Source: an uncultured Candidatus Saccharibacteria bacterium
GTDB lineage: Bacteria; Patescibacteriota; Minisyncoccia; Minisyncoccales; GWA2-38-27
Reading direction: 5' to 3'
Assembly: GCA_964387825.1 (NCBI GenBank)
Contig: CAYLWZ010000002.1
Span: forward strand, 47,375-111,374
DNA length: 64,000 nt
The notes below the pieces were generated by a model. It ran no database searches. It had not been told where the DNA came from and saw only the letters and a program-made list of their open reading frames with translations. Position numbers and translations under genes: made by a program. Shown here one piece after another: positions 57,556 through 64,000 of the stretch. The stretch's first letter is position 1; the number at the start of each line of letters is the position of its first letter.

Positions 57556-57797
57556 CGCCCGGTTTTTTTAATGGCAATTATATAAATAGCCGAAGACAAA
57601 CCCGCTCCGACGGCCGCTTCGGCAATAGCTACATCAGGAGCTTGGAGAATATAAAATTCCCCTGCCAGCATTAAACTCATTGCCGCAAAATAAATAACTG
57701 AAACAAATAAATCTTTGCTTTTTATTAATAAAAAAGCCGAGAGAATCATACCGGTTAAAATTAAGCCCTGAATAATTTGGATTAGAGAAAAATTCAT
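57543..57797 (-). CDS. MrpB-fragment-like subunit (MbhD-like)
   Basis: APDVAIAEAAVGAGLS motif. Confidence 0.55.
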   Translation of the reverse strand: MNFSLIQIIQGLILTGMILSAFLLIKSKDLFVSVIYFAAMSLMLAGEFYILQAPDVAIAEAAVGAGLSSAIYIIAIKKTGRWEQ

Positions 57798-58132
57798 ACT
57801 GTTTTAGTCCTATTGTTTAATTTATCTATTATTGCTTCTTTTGGCTTTACTCCATTTCTATAAGCCGCTCTTGAAATCGCATGGCCTATGCAAGGTTGGA
57901 TTATTAAAAGAATTAAGGCAATTATAATCATACGTGCAGGCAAAGAGAAATTAAAATTTTCAACAATTAAAAAATATATCAAAGAAGTTAAAGTAAAAAA
58001 GAGAAAGCCAAAAGTGGTGGACAAGCCCGCGGAATGCAACCGGGTATAAACATCGGGAAACCTGAAAAGGCCTAAAACGCTCAAACTAAAAAAAATTAAA
58101 CTAACTGAAATAAATAAATAAACCAAAAACAT
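57794..58132 (-). CDS. MrpG/MnhG-like subunit
   Basis: LGLFRFPDVYTRLHSAGLSTTFG MnhG signature. Confidence 0.7.
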   Translation of the reverse strand: MFLVYLFISVSLIFFSLSVLGLFRFPDVYTRLHSAGLSTTFGFLFFTLTSLIYFLIVENFNFSLPARMIIIALILLIIQPCIGHAISRAAYRNGVKPKEAIIDKLNNRTKTV

Positions 58133-58134
58133 AA

Positions 58135-58410
58135 TTATTCAACATATTTAGTAAAATAAAGGATGCCTATAAGAGAAAGCAAGGCGTAAACAATGGCTAT
58201 ATCCGCTAAAATAACCTCTTTCCAAATAATAGAAAGCGTTATCAAGAGGGCGATAACTAGCGTATTTGCAACATCCAAAACAACCAATTTGTCAAAAATA
58301 GTCTTTACCAAAAAGACCCTTGCTAAAGCAATAAAAATAAGTATTGAAAAAATTAGAGCGGTTATTTGCCACATAGCTAATTCAATTATTCGGTAATTAT
58401 TTTGATCCAC
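58135..58410 (-). CDS. MrpF/MnhF-like subunit
   Basis: 91 aa, 3 TM, position between E and G. Confidence 0.55.
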   Translation of the reverse strand: MDQNNYRIIELAMWQITALIFSILIFIALARVFLVKTIFDKLVVLDVANTLVIALLITLSIIWKEVILADIAIVYALLSLIGILYFTKYVE

Positions 58411-58895
58411 TTGGCGAAATTTCCCGCTACCTGCTTGATATCCGGTTCCTTATTCTCGGTCCAAAGCCAATGAACATAAAGGTTATTTTCCTGGTCTACA
58501 TCTACTGAGAGTGTTCCTGGAGTTAAGGTGATAGAATTTGCCAACAAGGTTGTCCCGAAATCAGTTTTTAATTTCGGTGATATTTTTACAATTCCCGGCC
58601 TGATTCTTTTGGTAAGAATCCTATAAGCGACTGTCAAATTCGCCTTAATTAAACTGAAAAAAAAGGGACCAAAAATATAAATCAAAAATAAACCCCACCT
58701 TAAGGGACTTAAAAATTTTCGGCTGATTTTAATTTCAAGCAACCGGAAAATTCTCTGAATTATCAATCCGGTCACAACAGATAAGACGCTCCCTAAAATA
58801 ATTTCTTCTTTGCTCCAATAGAGAACATCTCCTGAGCCAATAGTTAAAACAAGGTAGATGACTAAGGAAAAAATAAAAGAAACGATAAAGTTCAT
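58386..58895 (-). CDS. MrpE/MnhE-like subunit
   Basis: …ANSITLTPGTLSVDVD… MnhE signature. Confidence 0.65.
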   Translation of the reverse strand: MNFIVSFIFSLVIYLVLTIGSGDVLYWSKEEIILGSVLSVVTGLIIQRIFRLLEIKISRKFLSPLRWGLFLIYIFGPFFFSLIKANLTVAYRILTKRIRPGIVKISPKLKTDFGTTLLANSITLTPGTLSVDVDQENNLYVHWLWTENKEPDIKQVAGNFAKWIKIITE

Positions 58896-58961
58896 TAAAT
58901 TTATTTCGGAATATAAATTATCTTACCCCCGCACATAAATTATGTACGGGAACAGGATAGT

Positions 58962-59681
58962 TTATTTTGCGAAAAGTCCGCAATAACAACGGCCGTCTTT
59001 TTGAATTTCCTGCTTATGCCAAACGCAGGGACAAATCTTCGGCCTATCATCCTCTATATCTCCGGTTACTCTTCTGCAGGGACAATATCGAGCCCCATAT
59101 TTTTTCTCGTTTGCCAAAAGTCCTTTTATTAATCCTTCAACCGCCGCTTTATCGGGATTTAATCTAAATCCGTTCTTTTTAGCGTAAACCTCATACTGTT
59201 TAATTATCTCTTCAATTTCTCCTCTTTTTTCTTTTTCCTCACTTTCTCCTTCTCTTTTATTTCCTTCTTCTTCCTTACTCCCTTCTTCTCTACCTCCTTC
59301 TTCCTTATTTCCTTCTTCCGTTCCATCGCTTTCTTTTCTTACCCCCTTAAGACCTTCCTTCTCTAACACTCCGTCCAACCACTCTTTTACAATTGGTTCT
59401 GGTCTCGCTCCGATAAATCCGCTAACCGGCTTTCCGTCTTTAAACAAAACTACCGTAGGAATCTGATTAATCCCAAATTTTTGAGCAGTCTGGGGAGTCT
59501 CGTCTACGTTAACTTTAGCCAAACTAATTTTATCTTCATAATCTTGGGCTAATTTTTCCAAAATCGGCGACAATACAAGACAGGGACTGCACCATGTAGC
59601 CCAAAAATCAACTAAAATCAGCTTATTGGCTTTTTTAATTTCTTCCTCAAAATTTTCATCGGTTAAAATTATTTCTGACAT
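58962..59681 (-). CDS. thioredoxin fused via acidic low-complexity linker to ferredoxin:thioredoxin reductase catalytic-subunit-like domain
   Basis: FWATWCSPC thioredoxin active site; linker EGNKEEGGREEGSKEEEGNKREGESEEKEKRGE; C-terminal YCPCRRV…ICPCVWH…GRCYCGLF FTR-catalytic-domain Cys pattern. Confidence 0.65.
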   Translation of the reverse strand: MSEIILTDENFEEEIKKANKLILVDFWATWCSPCLVLSPILEKLAQDYEDKISLAKVNVDETPQTAQKFGINQIPTVVLFKDGKPVSGFIGARPEPIVKEWLDGVLEKEGLKGVRKESDGTEEGNKEEGGREEGSKEEEGNKREGESEEKEKRGEIEEIIKQYEVYAKKNGFRLNPDKAAVEGLIKGLLANEKKYGARYCPCRRVTGDIEDDRPKICPCVWHKQEIQKDGRCYCGLFAK

Positions 59682-59906
59682 AAGTAAATACCTCGAATTG
59701 CGAAATGCAGTTTTTGCCTAAAAAGCATTTCATAATTCAAGGTAAATAGCAAAATTATTTTATTTTATAAAGTATATACCCCAAAGAATATTTTGTCAAA
59801 ACCGCGCATATCTCTCAAATATATTACTTGCTTCGTTATCAATAAAAACAATGAGAACTATTCTCATTGTTTTGGTGTTTTAGTCAACCAGCGAGAGAGA
59901 ATATAT

Positions 59907-60152
59907 TTATAGCATCGACTGGAATTTTTGGGCCATACTTGATTTAATCTTCTCTACCCCCTCGTTAAAACATTCGGCTAAAACTCTTTCCTGTTCTTCT
60001 TTTCCTAACGCCGGATTTAAGCTAATACTTATAATTTTAAAATTTCCATTCAAAACAACCCGGGTTCCATTTTTTTCTATCTCAACATTTTCTTCTTCCA
60101 AGGACTTTTGAACCTCTCTTAATTTTCCAATTTGTTTTAATTTCTCAAACAT
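59907..60152 (-). CDS. YbaB/EbfC-family nucleoid-associated protein
   Basis: MFEKLKQIGKLREVQKSLEE…GTRVVLNGNFKIISISLNPAL… matches YbaB pattern. Confidence 0.65.
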   Translation of the reverse strand: MFEKLKQIGKLREVQKSLEEENVEIEKNGTRVVLNGNFKIISISLNPALGKEEQERVLAECFNEGVEKIKSSMAQKFQSML

Positions 60153-60224
60153 TTTAAAATAATCTAATTTTATAAACTACAGAAAACTGTTCTCTGCCAT
60201 TTTTCTATTTCCATCTAATTAGAT

Positions 60225-60431
60225 TAATATATTTTTACTTCAAGTCGAGAGTTAAGGGCTTTAGAAACTTTTCGCAAAAAAACAAAACTGGGATTATAGC
60301 TTCCTGATTCAAGCCGAGAAATAGCCGATTGTTTTGTCCCTATTTTTCTAGCCAAATCCGCTTGGCTTAAGAAAATTTGAATTTCCGTAAAATTGTAAAA
60401 TAAATTATAATATTCATCTATTTTTTTATAT
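60225..60431 (-). pseudogene. XRE-family HTH remnant without in-frame ATG
   Basis: translation …FLSQADLARKIGTKQSAISRLESGSYNPSFVFLRKVSKALNSRLEV; open frame begins directly after a stop and contains no Met. Confidence 0.35.
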
Positions 60432-60499
60432 CAAATTTTCGGCGAAATTACCGGCTTTTGCTAACTGCAATTATTAAAAAATTCCCGGAAGTATTTTTG

Positions 60500-61213
60500 C
60501 TAAAGTAATCTGAATTTATTTATTATTAAGCCGAAATCGTATCCCAGGGATTCGGCCGCTTTGCGGCAAAAAACCATTCTGGCGGTGAAAATTTCAAAGT
60601 ATTCCATTATAGGAACAAAATTAGTGTCAATTCTCAGGGTCAGAGTAATCCTTTTTTTCTTTTTGTCTGCCTCCAATCTGCTCATTTTAGTGGCGTAATT
60701 AACCCTATCATGAATATCTGTTTTTATTTCTTCAATATCTTTGACAAGCACTCTTGAGCGATGGACGTCTGATTTGTCCGCTAAAACAACTATAGCGGAA
60801 ACCGCGCTAGCAAAACTCATATCCTCTATTTTCTTATCATGATTAGATATCGCCTGCATAATTGTAACTAATTTTTGAGGGTCAAAATCATTTTGGAAAA
60901 CCTGATGGAAAAGCAAAGCGCCAAAATAATTATGGAAGCTCCTGCTTAAAAAATTTCCCATATCATGGCAAAAACCGGCGATAGCGGCCATTTCTTCTTC
61001 CTCTTTCTTCAAACCAATCTCTCTGGCAATTTTCCTTGCCCGGTCAGCCACTAAATTACTATGCCTAAACCCATGATCGGTGAAAGAAAGAGCGGCTAAA
61101 ACTTTTTCCGTCTGGCTAATGAATTCCAAAATTTGAAGATTTTTTTTGATTTCTGCTAAAGTAAGCATATTATTATATCTTATCATATTTATCCACAAGA
61201 GAAAATTTGACAA
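60500..61213 (-). CDS. HD-domain phosphohydrolase
   Basis: HGFRHSNLVADRA … GFCHDMGN HD motif. Confidence 0.6.
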   Translation of the reverse strand: MSNFLLWINMIRYNNMLTLAEIKKNLQILEFISQTEKVLAALSFTDHGFRHSNLVADRARKIAREIGLKKEEEEMAAIAGFCHDMGNFLSRSFHNYFGALLFHQVFQNDFDPQKLVTIMQAISNHDKKIEDMSFASAVSAIVVLADKSDVHRSRVLVKDIEEIKTDIHDRVNYATKMSRLEADKKKKRITLTLRIDTNFVPIMEYFEIFTARMVFCRKAAESLGYDFGLIINKFRLL

Positions 61214-61276
61214 GATTCTGTGTTCTGTTATACTTTAAGTATTCACTACGAGAAAGACCCTTATAGAGTTCCGTCT

Positions 61277-61789
61277 CTATCGGGGGCTTTTTCTTTTCGA
61301 GTCAACTAAATGAGAACGTTGGTCGTTAATATAGGCTATTCTCGCTCCTGTTCGTTTAAGAAGAATAGAGCACTTCTTCTCATTACTAGGAGATAATATT
61401 GTTATTAATTTCTTCTCTTCTTGCAGAAACTTGACCAATCCCGCGTAGTCGCCATCACTTGAGACGACAACAGAATTATCAAATTTATTTTCATATGCAT
61501 CACGAGTTGCTTGTAATACTAAATCGGCGTCACAATTTCCTTTAGGCTTGCCGTTTCCATCATAAATTACTTCTTTGAATATCAACGTAAAACCGGATTC
61601 TTGCAGATATTTATAAAGCTCCTTGTATTTTGGTATTAAACCTAAAAATAAGTAGGCTGATTTTACTTTATATTTTTCAGAAAGCCATATCCTAAATCTT
61701 TGATAATCCATATTCCAGCCCAAGCTTTTTATACCTTTGTGTAAATTCGCTCCATCGATATACGCAAAATTGTTTGATTTATTATTCAT
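61277..61789 (-). CDS. NYN-domain (LabA-like) ribonuclease
   Basis: FAYIDGANL…CDADLVLQ…VVVSSDGDYAGLV NYN/PIN-like acidic residues. Confidence 0.65.
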   Translation of the reverse strand: MNNKSNNFAYIDGANLHKGIKSLGWNMDYQRFRIWLSEKYKVKSAYLFLGLIPKYKELYKYLQESGFTLIFKEVIYDGNGKPKGNCDADLVLQATRDAYENKFDNSVVVSSDGDYAGLVKFLQEEKKLITILSPSNEKKCSILLKRTGARIAYINDQRSHLVDSKRKSPR

Positions 61790-61846
61790 GGATACGAATG
61801 ACAGAGAACTGTTATCCTTAGAGGTGTGACCTCCGAAAATTGGATA

Positions 61847-62683
61847 TTACTTATTAAATAAAATTTCTGCTTCTCTTTTTAAAACTTGGAATTTGTTTTT
61901 TGATATTTTTGTTCTTTTACTAAATTTTTCAACATCAATTGTCAGTAGGTCCTTGGCCAGCATTATTTTTCTTGAAGCAAAAATTTCAGCTAAATACCTA
62001 TTTAAAGACGGAAGAATAGTAATCGGGTATAACTTTTGGCTTTCAATCAAATATTCTAATCCTTTTCCTTTGGGACAATTCCAACCTAAAAGTTTAACGC
62101 CAGAACAATTAGAATATTTAGTTGCCTTACTCGTAAATTTTCTGTTAGTAATAAGCAAGCTTCTAAGTTTAAACTTTTTTCCGGACAAGCTTCCTTTTTT
62201 AATGTCTAAAAAACGGGCGTAATTTGCCAAGGCAACATCTGAATGAACTTTTCCTTTAAACAGGTTTCGGTATTTGCATTCCCCGATATATAAAACATCG
62301 TTTCTTTTTGCTAAAAAATCTATTTCATAGTCACGGGAACAATAGCCGGGAACATGTTGATTTAATTTTACCTCAAAATTGTTTCTTGAAAAAATTTCTC
62401 CAATATATTTTTCAAAGTGAAAACCGGTAGGTCCTAATTTTTTAATTCCTTGCTTAAGGTTAAATTTTAAAGCAACTGTCGGCGTTTCTTGATTAAGCAA
62501 GTCCTTTACCTCTTTAAAAATCTCCGATGTCTTAATGCCGGGATAAGCTTTTCTTTCAATTTTTCGGCTGATTTTTTCAGCAAGTTGCTTAGAGGCCTTA
62601 ACCTTTCTGGCCGATTGATATACTTTTTTTGCCGAAAAGGGCTCTTTTTCTCCGTTAAATTTTACGACAAATAAAGAAGACAT
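61847..62683 (-). CDS. ATP-cone domain fused to Mrr-like restriction-endonuclease (PD-D/ExK) domain
   Basis: N-terminal VVKFNGEKEPFSAKKVYQSARKV (ATP-cone-like); central …GFHFEKYIGEIF…DYEIDFLAKRNDVLYIGECKYR Mrr catalytic-core pattern. Confidence 0.55.
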   Translation of the reverse strand: MSSLFVVKFNGEKEPFSAKKVYQSARKVKASKQLAEKISRKIERKAYPGIKTSEIFKEVKDLLNQETPTVALKFNLKQGIKKLGPTGFHFEKYIGEIFSRNNFEVKLNQHVPGYCSRDYEIDFLAKRNDVLYIGECKYRNLFKGKVHSDVALANYARFLDIKKGSLSGKKFKLRSLLITNRKFTSKATKYSNCSGVKLLGWNCPKGKGLEYLIESQKLYPITILPSLNRYLAEIFASRKIMLAKDLLTIDVEKFSKRTKISKNKFQVLKREAEILFNK

Positions 62684-62749
62684 ATAACTTACAACTTATA
62701 ACTTACAACTTATAAATAGATGTTTACCGTCCGATGTTAAACAAGATTT

Positions 62750-62965
62750 TTACTTTTCAGTCAAAATAGAATCTTTTTTCTTTTTACTAAAATAGAACAT
62801 ATAAACAATAGGCAGAATAGCCAAAGTATTAAACACAAGCAGGGAAATAAACCACCATTTTTGACTGTTTTTAGCTGATTTCCACAAAGCGACTCCTTTC
62901 CAGGGGAGAACCCAACAAATTATAAGCAAAAGAAGCCAAGGATTGTTAATTAGATACTGTTCCAT
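62750..62965 (-). CDS. small membrane protein (71 aa, 2 TM)
   Basis: ORF with two hydrophobic helices and KKKK tail. Confidence 0.35.
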   Translation of the reverse strand: MEQYLINNPWLLLLIICWVLPWKGVALWKSAKNSQKWWFISLLVFNTLAILPIVYMFYFSKKKKDSILTEK

Positions 62966-63022
62966 AGTTTTATTAATTATTTTTACTTTTTTATTATAGC
63001 AAAAAATGGCCCAAAAAGCGAT

Positions 63023-63841
63023 TTATCTCTGGCCAATAATCGCTATCATCGTCTGAAGCTCCTTATCTCTCCTAAAAGAAAAATATTTATTGGAAAGACA
63101 AAAAGTGCATTCCGGGCTAACTTCAATATTTTTTTCTTTTATTCCCAAATTAATTAACTGAATTTTAGCAATTTTCTTCAAATCCAAGAAATTCTTTCCT
63201 TTTTTCCTTAATGAACTACCTCGCCCCAAAGGGGCGAGGTATTCCTGCGGGCGAGTTCTTTCGGCAGATGTATCCTCTCCGCAGAGCGGCGAGGTATTTA
63301 TATTCCGAAATAAAACATCCGGTAAATAATCTTTAAATATCTTTAATAGGCCATCTTTGACTTCAAAATGGCATTGAGAGATTCCCGGCCCGACTCCGAC
63401 TAAAATATCTTCAGGCAAACTTCTAAAATTCTCGGTTATTTTTTTAATAACCGCCAGGAGGATATTTTTAGACAAGCCGCGCCAACCGGCATGGATTAAG
63501 CCGACAATTTCTTTTTCCGGGTCATAAATAAAAATCGGCAGGCAGTCGGCAACAGTGATAGTTAAAAACAAACTTTTGTGAGCGGTTATCAGCCCATCGG
63601 TCTTTTTCATTACGCTTCCTGCGTCACTTTTAGAAACTATTCTTACGTTATTGCCGTGAATTAATTCCGCGCTTAACGCCAAACTACCCTTAATGCCAAA
63701 TTTCTCTAAAAACCTGTTTCTATTTTCTTTTATCTTTTTATCACGCAATAAATTCCCGGTTAATTTCATTGTCCCGTCATTTTTCGTTGAAACGGCGGCG
63801 ACTATCTTCGGATATTTTTTGAAAAGGGCAAACATATTCAA
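63023..63841 (-). CDS. pgeF: PgeF/YfiH (DUF152) family protein carrying an in-frame 35-codon repeat-element insertion
   Basis: …HAGWRG…GPGISQCHFEV… and C-terminal …CTFCLSNKYFSFRRD… PgeF signatures flank the insert …NINTSPLCGEDTSAERTRPQEYLAPLGRGSSL…. Confidence 0.7.
   Translation of the reverse strand: MNMFALFKKYPKIVAAVSTKNDGTMKLTGNLLRDKKIKENRNRFLEKFGIKGSLALSAELIHGNNVRIVSKSDAGSVMKKTDGLITAHKSLFLTITVADCLPIFIYDPEKEIVGLIHAGWRGLSKNILLAVIKKITENFRSLPEDILVGVGPGISQCHFEVKDGLLKIFKDYLPDVLFRNINTSPLCGEDTSAERTRPQEYLAPLGRGSSLRKKGKNFLDLKKIAKIQLINLGIKEKNIEVSPECTFCLSNKYFSFRRDKELQTMIAIIGQR
63210..63314. repeat. 104/105-bp 'CCTCGCC' double-hairpin element, copy 2 (inside pgeF, in frame)
   Basis: ~90% identity to 21258-21361, same orientation on the plus strand. 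Confidence 0.85.
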
Positions 63842-63845
63842 TCCT

Positions 63846-64000
63846 TAAGCACTGCTTTTAATTTCAATTACCTCTCCGTCTTTTACTAAATAATCTTTTC
63901 CCTCGGTCCGAATTAAACCTTTCTCTCTTGCTTTGGCAAAACCGCCGATAGAAACTAATTCTTGCCAGTCAACAACCTCGGCTTTAATAAAATATTTTTC
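63846..64000 (-). CDS. ychF: ribosome-binding ATPase YchF/Ola1, C-terminal (TGS domain) fragment; gene continues beyond the window
   Basis: translation …GLIRTEGKDYLVKDGEVIEIKSSA* resembles the YchF C-terminus. Confidence 0.5.

Overview
Low-GC window (~32-35% GC) with Patescibacteria/CPR-like gene content; almost every gene is on the minus strand.

Positions 165-17669 hold a contiguous S10-spc-type ribosomal-protein superoperon (rpsJ to secY) followed by the str cluster (rpsL-rpsG-fusA-tuf). Its intergenic spacers are unusual, 35-345 bp long and mostly hairpin-like, and several r-proteins carry Lys-rich or Zn-ribbon extensions.

Positions 17.7-28 kb carry: an M50 peptidase; rpmB plus a tRNA-Pro(GGG) with its terminator; an extended adenylate-kinase-like protein; a ComEC-type MBL protein; tandem MnmA paralogs; Mpg; a minimal SufBD/SufC/Rrf2 set; and an HNH endonuclease.

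Positions 28-45 kb are accessory:
- an SDR and a DUF1858 gene truncated by a MITE;
- an AbiEii-type toxin cassette inserted at the 3' end of a MacB-type efflux operon, leaving a duplicated gene tail;
- a block of DUF134, Fe-S MinD-like ATPases, NifX-like proteins, two DUF5320 proteins and a CDF-NifX fusion;
- a LigD-phosphoesterase homolog with an HD hydrolase;
- NrdDG and a family-4 UDG.

Positions 45-59.7 kb encode a 2-oxoacid:ferredoxin oxidoreductase (POR), Fe-S maturation proteins and a 14-gene Mrp-antiporter plus hydrogenase-like (Mbh/Ehr-type) membrane complex. Its large subunit lacks the NiFe-ligating cysteines. A thioredoxin-FTR-catalytic-domain fusion precedes it.

Positions 59.9-64 kb carry YbaB, a possible defence-like trio (ATP-cone-Mrr nuclease, NYN nuclease, HD hydrolase), PgeF and the 3' end of ychF.

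Three miniature repeat families are visible and recur in coding sequence, apparently in frame:
- a 36-bp GC-rich unit encoding PARNA....AGG;
- a 104-bp double-hairpin CCTCGCC element;
- a 200-330-bp MITE whose inverted repeats contain a tRNA T-loop-like motif.

No rRNA, CRISPR array, integrase or transposase ORF was found.
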